Of a stretch of DNA of 64,000 bases, positions 46,701 to 59,825 are shown in pieces. Position 1 is the first letter of the stretch. Every line of letters starts with the position of its first letter. The notes under the pieces are model-generated. The model did no database searches. It saw only the letters and a list, made by a program, of their open reading frames with translations, and was not told where the DNA came from. This stretch comes from Macrostomum lignano (lineage: Eukaryota). The position numbers and the translations under genes were made by a program. The stretch spans positions 248,001-312,000 of the forward strand of contig NIVC01001020.1 in the NCBI GenBank assembly GCA_002269645.1. The letters run 5' to 3'.

Positions 46701-49700
46701 GAATTCCAGAATCGATATGTAGAGAATTGGGCGCATCGATGACGAAAACTTGTTAATTAAAAGTTAGCGACCACCTAGCAACCGCATAACAGCATAGCAA
46801 CCGCATGAGAACAGCATAGCAACCACCTAGCAACCGAATGAAATCTGCCTAGCAACCACCTAGCAACCGAATGAAAACAGCATAGCAACCACCTAGCAAC
46901 CAAATGAAAACAGCATAGCAACCACCTAGCAACCGGATGAAAACAGCATAGCAACCACCTAGCAACCGAATGAAAACAGCATAGCAACCACCTAGCAACC
47001 GAATGAAAACAGCATAGCAAGCGCAATATCTTACCTTGAAATGCATGGCCCTACCGCGCACTTTAGCCGCCCGCATTCTGGCCTGCAGCTCGCGGCACAG
47101 CCCGTCAAGGAAAGCCTCGCAGTCGGCCATGGTCTGGAATCGGACGCCGTAGTTAATCTCGGCCGAGATGGACTTCCGCTCGCGCTCGGCCAGCACCGGC
47201 CGGTCGTCGCGCCCGTTGGCCGCATCCAGCAGGGTCTGGGCCACCCGCGGCCCGAGTTCTCGGCCCAGCGCGGACACCTGAGCGCCGCGCAGCAGGCCGC
47301 AGGTGCCGAAACCCAAGCTGGTTAGGCGGGCCTCCAGCGCGCGTCCAACCCCGGGCAGTTCGCGGACCGGCAGGTCGCGCAGCAGTTCGGCGATCCCGGC
47401 CGGGTCCAGCAGCACCCGCTGGCCGTCCGGCTTGGCCTGCTTGGTTGCCAGGCGGGCCACCAGCAGGTTGGGGCCGAGGCCGCAGCTGAGTCCGGGTTTT
47501 GTCGGCAAAATTAATAACTAAATCGCATTGTTAAAACATCAGATAAAACGGACTTCTAAGGACGCAACTCATTTCTAATTATCCTACTATCAGTAGTCAA
47601 GGAAGTTTGAACTACGTCTTAATCAGAAAGCTATAAGAATGATAAAAAACCGGCCTCCTAAAATTTCCAAGAAACGTATCGTTTTCTCGTCCATCTACTT
47701 AGTAGTCCCTGTTAGCAGTTCACCTGGCAGTGCAGCCTCCAGTCCGCTCCTGCACCTCCTTGCGCACCAGAGAGGCCAGCTGGGCAGGCGACGCTCCCGT
47801 CTCCCTGAGCAGCTCGCCGCAGTCAACGAACAGCTCATCGCAGCTGACCGCCTGAAGGCTGTGCGTGAACTCGCCGAGCAGGCGGTACAGCTGGCTGGAG
47901 GCGGCTTCGTAGGCTTCGAACTCGTACGGCACCGCGACGAGCTCGGGGCACAGCTCGCGAGCCCGGCCAAGCAGCATGCCGTTGCGAACGCCGCAGGCCC
48001 GAGCCGCATAGCTGCAGGAGGCCACCTCGGACCAGGACTGGTGCAGGGAGCCGCAACTGGCCTTCTCTGAGCTGCGGGTTGGGAGCAGAATGGGGAATTA
48101 GCATCTGCATTGTGCGCAGCTGTTGGGGAGAGCGGATTGTGGGGGTAGAGCGAATCAAGGGCGGACCGGGGAGCGGATCGAGGAACAGATCGGGGAGCGG
48201 ATCGAGGGACGGATCGAGGGGCAGATCGGGGAGCGGATCGGGGAGCGGATCGAGGGTTAAATCGGGGAGCGGATCGAGGGGCGGATCGGGGGTTAAATCG
48301 GGGAGCGGATCGAGGGGCGGATCGGGGAGCGGATCGGGGGTTAAATCGGGGAGCGGATCAAGGGGCAGATCGGGGAGCGGATCGAGGAGAGGATCGGGAG
48401 CGGATCGAGGGATGGATCGGGGAGCGGATCAAGGGGCAGATCGGGGAGCGGATCGAGGGATGGATCGGGGAGCGGATCGAGGGGCGGATCGGGGAGCGGA
48501 ATTCAATCACGACAGGCCCAAAATAAGACTCTCACGCCACAGCACCGCCGTACTGCCGCATCTCCCAGTCTGGGTCGGCGCCTCGTCTGGCTCTCAGCCT
48601 GTCACCGCTGCCCCCGGCGTCCCCAGACGCCTGCCGCGACGACGTCGAAGCGTGCGACACGGCGACTGGTTTGCCGCGCAGCTCCGGCCGAGTGAGCAGC
48701 GCCACGGAGACAAAGAAGCAGTCCATGTCAATGTGCATCACAACTCGCTGGTGCTGCGGCTGCTCTCGACAGGCGGCGGCCGTCCCGCTGCGCTCGGCCT
48801 CGGCCATGGCGCGCAGCCGATCGGCGCCGGGGAATCTGGCGGCGCCTGCGGCCCGCATGTCTGCCACCAGCTGGCGCGCTTTCCCTGGGTTTTGTAGAGT
48901 TGGAGTCGTTCTCAGGTGAGATTCGAGCGATTCTTAGGTGAGATTGGAGCGATTCTCAAGTGAGATTGGGCGATTCTCAGGTGAGATTGGAGCGATTCTC
49001 AAGTGAGATTGGGGCGATTCTCAGGTGAGATTGGAGCGATTCTCAAGTGAGATTGGGGCGATTCTCAGGTGAGATTGGAGCGATTCTCAAATTAGATTAG
49101 GCGATTCTCAGGCGAGATTGGAACGATTCTCAAGTGAGATTGGGGCGATTCTCATGTTGGATTATCGGCGCTTATCAGATAGGATTATCGGCGCTTATTA
49201 GATAAGATTATCGTTGCTTATCAGATAGGATTATTTCTAAAATAAGAAGATAATCGCCCACCTGCCCAAGCAGAGATATGGTGCAGCCTGCTGTTTGCAT
49301 AGAACTGCCCGATGTATTCAGGCCGGCCCATCGCGGCTGAGGCTCCCTTCGAAGGCGAGCAGCTCGGCGGCGGAGGGTTCGGCGCCTCCTGACCGACCCG
49401 CAGTCTGTAGGGCGCCTCGTTCAGACGCTTGCCAGCCTTCAGACTGTCGGTGATCCACCGCGGTGTCACCACTATTCGGTCTGGCTGCAGGGCCTTTAGC
49501 TTACTGGTGGCCAGCTGGCTTGCTACAGTGTGGCTCACCTCAGCTCTGCTGTAGTAATGAGCATACCTGCGGTGGCCGGCGACAGGGGCAACTGAGAAAT
49601 TCTCAGAGGGGAGTTGGGGAGATTCTTAGAGAGAATTGGGGAGATTTTTAGAGGTGAATTGGGGAGATAAGACACAAGCTTTTAGCAGCAGCCAAAACCG

Positions 49701-50501
49701 GCTTCTACGAGCTAGTAGAACGTATAGAGGAATTGATGATTCCTAGAGGGGAATTTAGGATATTCTTAGAGGGGAATTTGGGAGATTCTTAGAGGGGAAT
49801 TTGGGAGATTCTTAGAGGGGAATTGGGAAGATTCTTAGAGGGGAATTGGGAAGATTCTTAGAGGGGAATTGGGAAGATTCTTAGAGGGGAATTTGGAAGA
49901 TTCTTAGAGGGGAATTGGGAAGATTCTTAGAGGGGAATTTGGAAGATTCTTAGAGGGGAATTTAGAAGATTCTTAGAGGGGAATTGGGAAGATTCTTAGA
50001 GGGGAATTGGGAAGATTCTTAGAGGGGAATTTGGAAGATTCTTAGAGGGGAATTTAGAAGATTCTTAGAGGGGAATTGGGAAGATTCTTAGAGGGGAATT
50101 GGGGAGATCCTTAGATGGTAAACTGGGGGAGATTCTCAAGTATCTCGTATAACTGGGAGAAATTCCAAATAAGATTGTCAAGCCAGACGATAGTAAAAAT
50201 TTTTGAACTTTATTATAAAAAACCGAGGGTCGCACCTGCCCCCGTATTTCTGCATCAGCCGCTTGAGCTCATGCGCCGGAGGCTCGGTGTACCCATCAAC
50301 GTGAATGCAGACTCCCGCAAATATCGGCCTGATGTGCTCAGCGCGATCCCCCGATGCAGCTTCATCCGCCTCGTCTGAGGAGATCTCCTGCTCAAACTGA
50401 GCAGCCAACTTGCTCTTCTTGGCCTCCATGTAGCCGCCGAATTCGCCCCAGCCATTGTCACCTGGGCCGCCGCGGCCGCGCCGACGCCCCCTTCCAGACA
50501 T
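40799..50501 (-). CDS. REV1: Y-family translesion deoxycytidyl transferase REV1, about 1189 aa
   Basis: Exons 50501-50236, 49566-49262, 48884-48536, 48071-47724, 47485-47035, 46655-45778, 43957-43529, 41342-40799 (3570 nt, phases consistent). BRCT region GWGEFGGYM..IFAGVCIHVDGYT, FYANSRLHHIS, catalytic HIDMDCFF and VSCDE, VASCSYAAR, ISAEINYGVRF, ETAKFGGHGVC, two UBMs (IDEDFLAALP, CLAALPPEIRAEL) and the C-terminal polymerase-interaction domain. Confidence 0.96.
41385..43500 (+). repeat. 22-bp minisatellite, REV1 intron 7
   Basis: Unit AAACTCTCATAGGGACGAAGCC (variant AAAATCTC), with a higher-order duplication of about 944 bp. Confidence 0.98.
43975..44790 (+). repeat. 29-bp minisatellite, REV1 intron 6
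   Basis: Unit TGAATGCTAGCATTGTGAATGGCTGATGG. Confidence 0.97.
44830..45540 (+). repeat. 25-bp minisatellite, REV1 intron 6
   Basis: Unit CATAGCATCGCTCATACACACCAGT. Confidence 0.97.
46015..46325 (-). repeat. Coding 24-bp repeat in REV1 exon 6 (SGATSGSM)n
   Basis: Plus-strand unit GACATAGAACCGGAAGTGGCGCCG, 13 copies. Confidence 0.96.
46780..47025 (+). repeat. 33-bp CAGCATAGCAAC-core minisatellite, REV1 intron 5
   Basis: Unit CTAGCAACCGAATGAAAACAGCATAGCAACCAC. Confidence 0.94.
48150..48500 (+). repeat. 12-bp G-rich repeat, REV1 intron 3
   Basis: Unit GGGGAGCGGATC. Confidence 0.92.
48912..49160 (+). repeat. About 22-bp minisatellite, REV1 intron 2
   Basis: Unit GAGATTGGAGCGATTCTCAAGT. Confidence 0.9.
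49745..50115 (+). repeat. 23-bp minisatellite, REV1 intron 1
   Basis: Unit GAGGGGAATTGGGAAGATTCTTA. Confidence 0.95.
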
Positions 50502-50649
50502 TGTTTATGAATTGCCGGACGGATATTGTTTGCCTTCAATACCCTGCGGCTGGAATATCCAGTTTCAACTGGTCAGTTTTTATTTGCGCTAGCAGTCCTT
50601 TATCTAAAATCTACTTGAAGCTGTGGGATTCTAATCCCCGGTTTGCTAG

Positions 50650-51452
50650 CCTAATCCCCAGCAATCCCATTTGACTGTGATCCCCAATCTCGAGCTTAAT
50701 CCCCTGAAATCCCATTTGAAACTATGATCCCTAATCTCGAGCTTAATCTCTTGAAATCCCATTTGAAACTATGATCCCCAATCTCGAGCTTAACCCTCTG
50801 AAATTCCCATTTGACTTTGTGATCCCCAATCTCGAGCTTAACCCGTTAAATCTCATTTGACTTCGTGATCCCCAATCTCGAGCTTAATCTCTTGAAATCC
50901 CATTTGAAACTATGATCCCCAATCTCGAGCTTAATCCCCTGAAACCCAATTTGACTTCGTGATCCCCAATCTCGTGCTCAATCCCCTGAAACCCAATTTG
51001 ACTTCGTGATCCCCAATCTCGATTTTAATCCTCTGAAATTCCCATTTGACATTGTGATCCCCAATCTCGAGCTTAACCCGTTAAATCCCATTTGAATTTG
51101 TGATCCCCAATCTCGAGCTTAATCCCCTGAAATCCCATTTTACTTTGTGATCCCCAATCTCGAGCTTAATCTCTTGAAATCCCATTTGAAACTATGATCC
51201 CCAATCTCGAGCTTAATCCTCTGAAACCCAATTTGACTTCGTGATCCTCAATCTCGAGCTTAATCCCCTGAAACCCAATTTGACTTCGTGATACTCAATC
51301 TCGAGCTTAATCCCCTGAAACCCAATTTGACTTCGTGATACTCAATCTCGAGCTTAATCCCCTGAAACCCAATTTGACTTCGTGATCCCCAATCTCGAGC
51401 TTAATCCCCTGAAATTCCCATTTGACTTTGTGATCCCTAATCTCGAGCTTAA
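50650..51452 (+). repeat. 47-bp minisatellite upstream of REV1
   Basis: Unit CCCCAATCTCGAGCTTAATCCCCTGAAACCCAATTTGACTTCGTGAT. One further partial unit lies at 56116-56150. Confidence 0.94.
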
Positions 51453-52069
51453 TCCTATATACTAAAAATGAGTTGTCTGTGGGTAGGTAGGTAGGTAGGT
51501 ATGCGATAGATTTCAGAAAAAATGGCTCAACCGATTTTCTTCAAACTTGCACCATTCGATCAGAAATTTTCCTGGGACGGTACATGCATCTTGGCTAAGA
51601 AATTGCTCAATTTTAAAGGGATTAAATATTCGAAAAACATGCTTTTTTGCAAAGGTCAAGCAGCTCTTTCGACCTGAAATGCATTGTAAGAATGCTAGAG
51701 AAAAAACTGACTGACTGAATTCCGATTGTGATAAAGATTGCATCACAACAAGTTGAAAACAGTACCGAAGAAATGCACACACGACTTGATTTAAATTGCG
51801 TAACCATATTGCTAACTTAAATTGAGACTGATACTGGCTGACTGAGAAATTGATTATGTCATAACTTTTTACTCCAATTGACTTGCTGTAAGAATTGAAT
51901 TATAAGGGCCACAATTCATGTTCTCCAATTGAAAAGAGATAGCCCTGATGCGAACAGACTGGAATGCTAATGTAGCGACCTGGGTTCGAATCATAGTAGT
52001 GCAAAAAGATTTTTTTATTAAAACACCTTAAAAACACAACAAAACTGCTAAACATCAAAGAAGCGCAAT

Positions 52070-55000
52070 GTCAAACATAGAAGAGCCAACATATCGAACA
52101 TAAAAGAGTTACCATGTCAAACATAAAAGAGCTACCATGTCGAACATTAAAGAGCTACCATGTCGAACATTAAAGAGCCACCATGTCGAACATAAAAGAG
52201 CCACCATGTCAAACATAAAACAGCCACCATTTCGAACATTAAAGAGCCACCATTTCGAACATTAAAGAGCCACCATTTTGAACATTAAAGAGCCACTATG
52301 TCAAACAATTAAGAGCCACCATGTCAAACATAAAAGAGCCAACATGTCAGACATTCAAAAGCCACCGTATCAAACATAAAAGAGTTACCATGTAGAACAA
52401 AAAAGATCCACCATGTCGAACATAAAAGAGCCACCATGTCAAACATAAAGAGCCACCATGTCAAACATTTAGGAGCCACCATGTCAAACATATATGTGAC
52501 TTTATGTCAAATATTAAAGAGCCACCATGTGAAACATTAAAGAGCCACCATGTCGAACATTTAAGAGCCACCATGTCAAACCTAAAAGAGCCACCATGTC
52601 GAACATAAAAGAGCCACAATGTCAAACATTAAAGAGCCACCATTTCAAACCTAAAGGAGCCACCATGTCGAACATTAAAGAGCCACCATGTCGAACATAA
52701 AAGAGCCACCATATCAAACATAAAAGAGTTACCATGTCAAACATTAAAGAGCCACCATGTCAAACATAAAAGAGACAACATGTCAGACATTAAAAAGCCA
52801 CCGTATCAAACATAAAAGAGTTACCATGTAGAACATTAAAGAGCCACCATTTCAAACCTAAAAGAGCCACCATGTCAAACATTAAAGAGCCACCATTTCG
52901 AACATTCAAAAGCCACCATGTCAAACATTAAAGAGCCACCATGTTGAACATAAAAGAGCCACCATATCAAACATAAAAGAGTTACCATGTCAAACATTAA
53001 AGAGCCACCATATCGAACATTAAAGAGCAGCCATGTCAAACATTAAAGAGCCACATTGTCAAGCATTAAAGACCCACCATTTCAAATCTAAAAGAGCCAC
53101 CAAGTCAAACATTAAAGAGCCACCATGTCGAACATTAAAGAGCCACCTTGTCAAATATTAAAGAGCCACCATTTCAAACCTAAAAGAGCCACCATGTCAA
53201 ACATTAAGAAGCCACCATGTCAAACATAAAAAAGCCACAATGTCAAACATTAAAGAGCCACTATTTCAAACCTAAAGGAGCCACCATGTCGAACATACAA
53301 GAGCCACCATGTCAAACATTAAAGAGTCACCATGTCAAACATTAAAGAGCCACCGTTTCAAACCTAAAAGAGCCACCATGTCGAACATTAAAAAGCCACC
53401 ATGTCAAACATTAAAGAGCCACCATGTCGAACATTAAAGAGCCACCATATCAAACATACATGTAAAAGAGTTACTATGTTAAAAATTAAAGAGCCACCAT
53501 GTCGAACATAAAACAGACACCATTAAGAACATTAAAGAGCCACCATTTCGAAAATTAAGGAGCCACCATGTCGAACATTAAAGAGCCACCTTGTCAAATA
53601 TTAAAGAGCCACAATGTCAAACATTAAAGAGCCACCATTTCAAACCTAAAGGAGCCACCATGTCGAACATACAAGAGCCACCATGTCGAACATAAAAGAG
53701 CAGCCATGTAGAACATAAAAGAGCCACCATGTCGAACATAAAAGAGCCACCATGTCGAACATAAAAGAGCCACCATGTCAAACATAAAACAGCCACCATT
53801 TCGAAAATTAAGGAGCCACCATGTCGAACATTAAAGAGCCACCTTGTCAAATATTAAAGAGCCACAATGTCAAACATTAAAGAGCCACCATTTCAAACCT
53901 AAAGGAGCCACCATGTCGAACATTAAAGAGCCACCATTTCGAACATAAAAGAGCCACCATATCGAACATAAAAGAGTTACCATGTTAAAAATTAAAGAGC
54001 CACCATGTCGAACAATAAAGAGCCACCATGTCAAACATAAAACAGACACCATTAAGAACATTAAAGAGCCACCATGTCGAACATTAAAGAGCCACCATGT
54101 CAAACATAAAACAGCCACCATTTTGAAAATTAAGGAGCCACCATTTCGAAATTTAAAGAGCCACCATGTCGAACATTAAAGAGCCACCTTGTCAAATATT
54201 AAAGAGCCACCATTTCAAACCTAAAAGAGCGACCATGTCGAACATACAAGAGCCACCATGTCGAACATAAAAGAGCAGCCATGTAGAACATAAAAGAGCC
54301 ACCATGTCAAACATAAAAGAGCCAACATGAAGAACATTAAAGAGCCACCATGTCGACCATTAAAAGAGCCACCATGTCGAACATACAAGAGCCACCATGT
54401 CAAACATAAAAAAGCCACCATGTCAAACATTAAAGAGCCACCGTTTCAAACCTATAAGAGCCACCATGTCGAACATTAAAAAGCCACCATGTCAAACATT
54501 AAAGAGCCACAATGTTAAACATTAAAGAGCCACCATTTCAAACCTAAAGGAGCCACTATGTCAAACATAAAAGAGCCACCATATCGAACATAAAAGAGTC
54601 ACCATGTTAAAAATTAAAGAGCCACCATGTCGAACATTAAAGAGCCACCATGTCAAACATAAAACAGCCACCATTTCAAAAATTAAAGAGCCACCATGTC
54701 AAACATTAAAGAGCCACCATGTCGAACATTAAAGAGCCACCATGTCAAACATAAAACAGCCACCATTTCAAAAATTAAAGAGCCACCATGTCAAACATTA
54801 AAGAGCCACCATGTCGAACTCTAAAGAGCCACCATGTCGAACATAAAAGAGCCACGATATCAAACATAAAAGAGTTACCATGCTAAAAATTAAAGAGCCA
54901 CCATGTCGAACAATAAAGAGCCACCATGTCAAACGTAAAACAGACACCATTAAGAACATTAAAGAGCCACCATGTCGAACATTAAAGAGACACCATGTCG

Positions 55001-55345
55001 AACATAAAAGAGCCACCATTTCGAAAATTAAGGAGCCACCATTTCAAACCTAAAAGAGCCACCATGTCGAACATTAAAAAGCCACCATGTCGAACATTAA
55101 AGAGCCACCATGTCGAACATTAAAAAGCCAACATGTCAAACATAAAAGAGCCACCATGTCAAACCTAAAAAAGCCACCATGTCAAACATAGAAGAGCCAC
55201 CATGTCAAACATAAAAGAGCCACCATGTCAAACATAAAAGAGCCACCATGTCAAACATAAAAGAGCCACCATGTCAAACATAAAAGAGCCACCATGTCAA
55301 ACATAGAAGAGCCACTATGTCAAACATAAAAGAGCCACCATGTCA
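52070..55345 (+). repeat. 3.3-kb 23-bp minisatellite inside the Helitron-like element
   Basis: Unit GAGCCACCATGTCGAACATTAAA, diverged copies. Confidence 0.98.
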
Positions 55346-55469
55346 AACATTCAAGATATACAATTTCAAATGTAAAGGTATAAAGCGCCATGCCAATTTA
55401 AAGGAGCCACTATAAAGCTAAGGAAATTGTCGCTCTAGCTACTTATTGTCTGGTGGATGGTTGCTATTT

Positions 55470-55965
55470 GGGGATGCTATCTATCTGGGGGATGCTTGCT
55501 ATTTGGAGGATGCTTGCTTTCTGGGGGATGCTTGCTATCTGGGCGATGCTTGCAATTTGGGGGATGCTTGCTATCTGAGGGATGCTTGCTATCTGGTGGA
55601 TGCTTGCTATCTGGTGGATGCTTGCTATCTGGTGGATGCTTGCTATCTGAGTGATGCTTGCTATCTGGGGGATGCTTGCTATCTGAGGGATGCTTGCTAT
55701 CTGAGGGATGCTTGCTATTTGGGGTATGCTTGCTATCTGAGGGATGCTTGCTATCTGGGGAATGCTTGCTATCTGGGGAATGTTTGCTATCTGGGGAATG
55801 CTTGCTATCTGGGGGATGCTTGCTATCTGGGGGATGTTTGCTATCTGGGGGATGCTTGCTATCTGGGGGATGCTTGCTATCTGGGGGATGCTTGCTATCT
55901 GGGGGATGCTTGCTATTTGAGGGATGCTTGCTATCTGGGGAATGCTTGCTATCTGGGGGATGCTT
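55470..55965 (+). repeat. 18-bp minisatellite inside the Helitron-like element
   Basis: Unit GATGCTTGCTATCTGGGG. Confidence 0.97.
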
Positions 55966-57059
55966 GTTGTCTTGGGAAGATTTCTTATTGCAATTCACTT
56001 CATTTGAGCAGTTTGTCTGTTGTCTTTGTGAAGGATTTTTTGGCTGTCTTTTTGTTACTTGTAGAGAACAGAGATTCTATCCAGATGTCCCCCATCGGGG
56101 GGCGAAGATTGCTAGTAATCCTCTGAAATTCCCATTTGACTTTGTGATCCCACTTTTGACCGCAAACCCAACTGAAATGAAATTTTATGACATGTTAAAT
56201 TTAAGCGACACTGTGCGTACAAACTACTTAGAAAGAGTAGACGCCTACTTTTAAAACTTTTGCAAGTAGCGTATCTATTTCTGTATCCGTGGTTTTCCCG
56301 AAGAACTATATTCCTCAGATTGCAAAATCGAGAGGGCTCGATAAATTATGTATTTCAGTTGACAATTCAGGACTTCAAACTTTCCTAGAAACGAATAAAT
56401 TTGTCGCTAGAAAAACAAATAAAGAACACGGAGAAAGTCCCACAAAGCCTCATGGGCAACAACCGTATTTTGTTTCTCAGTAAAAATAACGCCAAATTAA
56501 TATGAGCTGTCTGCACATTTATCGTCTGGTTATTTTCACCTATCCTTGATTGATTATTGAATGCGTGAATGCAGCAAATAGCAGTGCTTTTAAAATTGAA
56601 CAGTAAGAACTATAGGCAAATATACGGATGATGCGAACCGCCCGTGATAGAAACAAATGCGGGACAGACTACCAGAACTAGATTTACTCGATACAATTCA
56701 ACACACTTTGTTCCATAAAGATCGAATTATAACTGCAAAACAAACATAACGAAGCCATTAATTTGTTGAATAACAAGCGAAGTGTTTTAAACTAACATGC
56801 ACGCATGAGAATTGCAGATCGCACAGTGCATCTAACAGGCTGAGGTGGGGTTAGCAGAGAGTTGGAAATGTGGCCAGTAGCTGTGTGTGGGCCTTCATCC
56901 ATTGATCCATGTCAATTTGGTCTGCCGGCCGCTGCTGGGAATGCCAAAATCACTCAACTCCATCTAGGCTGGCAGCGAGCGGGAATATCAGATTTCATAT
57001 AAAGTTTGAAGCTGACCAAAAGCTTTTGCTAACAATCTCAGCCTTAGATTTAGAGTTGG

Positions 57060-57575
57060 ACAATCTCACTCTTACATTCTGAGTAGGAGTCTCACCCTTG
57101 GATTTTGATTTAGATAATCTTATCCTTTAGATTTAGAGTAGGAGAATCTCACCCTTAGATTTCGTTTGGATAATCTCTCCCTTAGGTTTTGAATGGGAGA
57201 ATCTCACCCTTAGATTTCGTTTGGATAATCTCTCCCTTAGGTTTTGAATGGGAGAATCTCACCCTTAGATTTCGTTTGGATAATCTCTCCCTTAGGTTTT
57301 GAATGGGAGAATCTCACACTTAGATTTTGAGTTGGAGAATCTCACCCTTAGATTTTGAGTTGGAGAATCTCACCCTTAGATTTTGAATGTGAGAATCTCA
57401 CACTTAGATTTTGAATGTGAGAATCTCACCCTTAGATTTTGAATTGGAGAATCCCACTCTTACATTCTGAGTTAGAGAATCTCCATATCTCCACTCTTAC
57501 ATTAAGATTTCGAATTGGAGAATCTCACCCTTAGATTTTGAGTTGGAGAATATCAGCCTTAGATTTAGAGTTTAG
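57060..57575 (+). repeat. 28-bp minisatellite downstream of TOM40
   Basis: Unit GAGAATCTCACCCTTAGATTTTGAGTTG. Confidence 0.92.
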
Positions 57576-57703
57576 CAATCGCACACTTATTACTCAAATA
57601 TGAAACAGTAAACTTCGGCAAACTAATTAATCTAAAGTAAGAATAAAAAAGATGAACTACACAATCAGACTAACAGACAGCCAGCGGCAGACTCCCAAGG
57701 CCT

Positions 57704-59107
57704 TCACTGGAAGACCAGGCCGATCCCGAACCGGTACTGATGCTTGACCTGGTGCGCCAGGCCGCTCAGAGCAAAGGTGAAGGGAAACGGCGCCAGCTTC
57801 TTCTCCATAGTAGCGGCCACAACCCATTCGGTGTCAATGCGAGCCTTGAATGTGAAGCCGCTCTTCGGCATCTCCCACTGGTATCCGATGTTGCCTAGCG
57901 AGGCCCGCTGGCTCAGGTCCACCTCCCAGTCGGACACCAGCTGCAGCTCATTAGTGAGCTTGCGCAGGTAGGAGGCGTGGAAACTGCCGTGCAGCGGAGT
58001 GGCAGACAGGTTCAGCTGCCACTTGTCACCAGCTAGGCGGGCGCCAAGGCCCAGCACGGCATTGTAGCCGCCAGGGATTCGAGGGTTGCAGCCCACAATG
58101 GCCATGCCTCCCACAGCGTGCCGGCCAAACACCGTGTGCATGTAGTCAGCCACCACTGTGCCGCTGCGGTGCTCCAGGTCCACATTGGCCACAGTCACGG
58201 CCAGGTTAGCCTTCGGCCAGCGGAACTCGTTAGTGAGCTGGGTGGCCAAGTTCTTGCCCTGCTTGAGCTGGGAGACCAGCTTCACTCGCCACTGCTCAGC
58301 GGGCTGGTGAATGATTTGACCGTTTAGATCACCCCCGGCTGGGCTGAACTCGCCCAGCAGGATGGGGTAAACCTCCGACTCGGAGTACTTCTTGGTCCCA
58401 ACAAATGTGAGGCCGTATTTGTAGCCAGACTGTGACGGATCGATGCTGCTCATCACCACCGTGTGCGAGGCCTGGGGAATTGCAGGCGGTGACTTAATTT
58501 GGGATCATTTTCCTAAGGCATTGATTCACAGCTCGGGTTTTGAGGAATAGGGATAAATATCCCAGATATTGGTATAGAGCTTGGGATTTGGGGAATAGGG
58601 ATAAATATCCCAATACACTGGTACAGAAATTGGGATTTGGGGAATAGGGATAAATATCCCAATACACTGGTACAGAACTTGGGATTAGGGAGTAGGGATA
58701 ATTATCCCGAAATTGGAGAAATCAGGAATAATTGTGAGTTTGAAATGTGAACAGCAGTTTAACGCACCACTTACCTGAAAATGATTACTCAATGGTTTAT
58801 TAACAACCAGCTTTCCACCATCGAATGGGGTAGGAAACAGGTCCTTGACCTTATTGTGCAGAGTCTCATTGGTACCCGGATTCAGTGCATACTTGTCCTC
58901 TGGCACAGCTGCCAGAATAGGCGCACCGCTTGATTGGCTGTCATCAGTGCCAGCTCCCACTTGACCAGGTGAGGATGGGGATTTTGGCACAAGGGTGACG
59001 CCACCAGTAGTAGAATCTCCAGCTGCTGGCGAGGCTGACATGGGTGCTGCCGACTGCTGCGGCTGATTGGGGGCAGAGCCTCCACCAGTACTGGATGCAT
59101 TGCCCAT
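57704..59107 (-). CDS. TOMM40: Mitochondrial import channel TOM40, about 366 aa
   Basis: Exons 59107-58775 (donor CAG|GTAAGT) and 58471-57704. Motifs: MGN start, [85 protein letters not shown]. Confidence 0.95.
58540..58710 (+). repeat. About 49-bp repeat, TOM40 intron
   Basis: TAGGGATAAATATCCC...TTGGGATTTGGGGAA, 3-4 copies. Confidence 0.85.
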
Positions 59108-59825
59108 TGCTTATATATATATATATAGCCTGTCTTCTTTAAAACTCGAACTGCCAATTCTTATTAGAAAATAGAAACTCTCAAAGCATAAAGAACATGA
59201 TTAAAAAATTATGAGATCTAGAATTCTATCAAATTTTATGATATTCTGCATGTCAATGAACCCCATTTGGTTACAAAGGGCTAAGAAAGTTTATCTATAG
59301 AATCAAAGGTTCTAATGTTTCTATAATTTTGAGTTTAAAGACTTTTAAGAGTCTTAGTGTAGGAAATAAATACAAGAATAACTTACATGTGTGTGTTGCC
59401 AATAGAAATGGCCGGGTGAATCCCTAGGTTGCGCCCAAGCATGATTCTGTATGACCCTAAGAAATCACAGACTTTTTGAACTTAAGGTATGTAAAATACT
59501 TCTAATTTTCCAATTTTTCTAAAACTTTTGCCAGAGTCTTAGAGGTTGTCCAAAATTATATTAAAGCAAAAACTGCAAAAATTACCTTCACGGTTAATAG
59601 GAGCTCGATTTTTAATCCCTATGTAATTAGTGATAATTTGATGCAAGGAGTTTTGGAGAACTGTATGTTTGAGAATAAAACTTTTAAGAATCATGACTTT
59701 CAAACATAAATTTGAAAGTATTATTCAAAGTCCTTCAAAGTTTCAAAGTTTCAAGCTTTATTACAATTCTCCCTTGTACCCCCTCAGTCTATGAATTTAT
59801 CTACCTCATCTACAATAGACCCCCA

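Larger units (their letters stand above)
51453..56115 (+). mobile_element. Non-autonomous Helitron-like element carrying two minisatellite arrays
   Basis: A|TC 5' end (TCCTATATACTAAAAATGAG) followed by (GGTA)n. The 3' end has a GC hairpin GTCCCCC-ATC-GGGGGGC (56087-56103) ending 12 nt before the terminal CTAG|T. The 47-bp host minisatellite on the left resumes immediately on the right (56116-56150). Confidence 0.68.

Noticed and set aside
45895-46722. 275-aa plus-strand ORF with PDIEPEVA repeats
   Set aside because: It is antisense to REV1 exon 6, which carries conserved REV1 motifs.
51935-52005. tRNA-like GGGTTCGAATC B-box
   Set aside because: There is no cloverleaf or acceptor stem. At most it is a degraded SINE head inside the Helitron-like element.
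41385-55345. Regular 22-47 bp repeats that superficially resemble CRISPR arrays
   Set aside because: The units are head-to-tail with no unique spacers, there are no cas genes, and the context is eukaryotic and intronic.
55446-56254. LGDACY / GGCLLS repeat ORFs
   Set aside because: These are translations of the 18-bp minisatellite inside the Helitron-like element.
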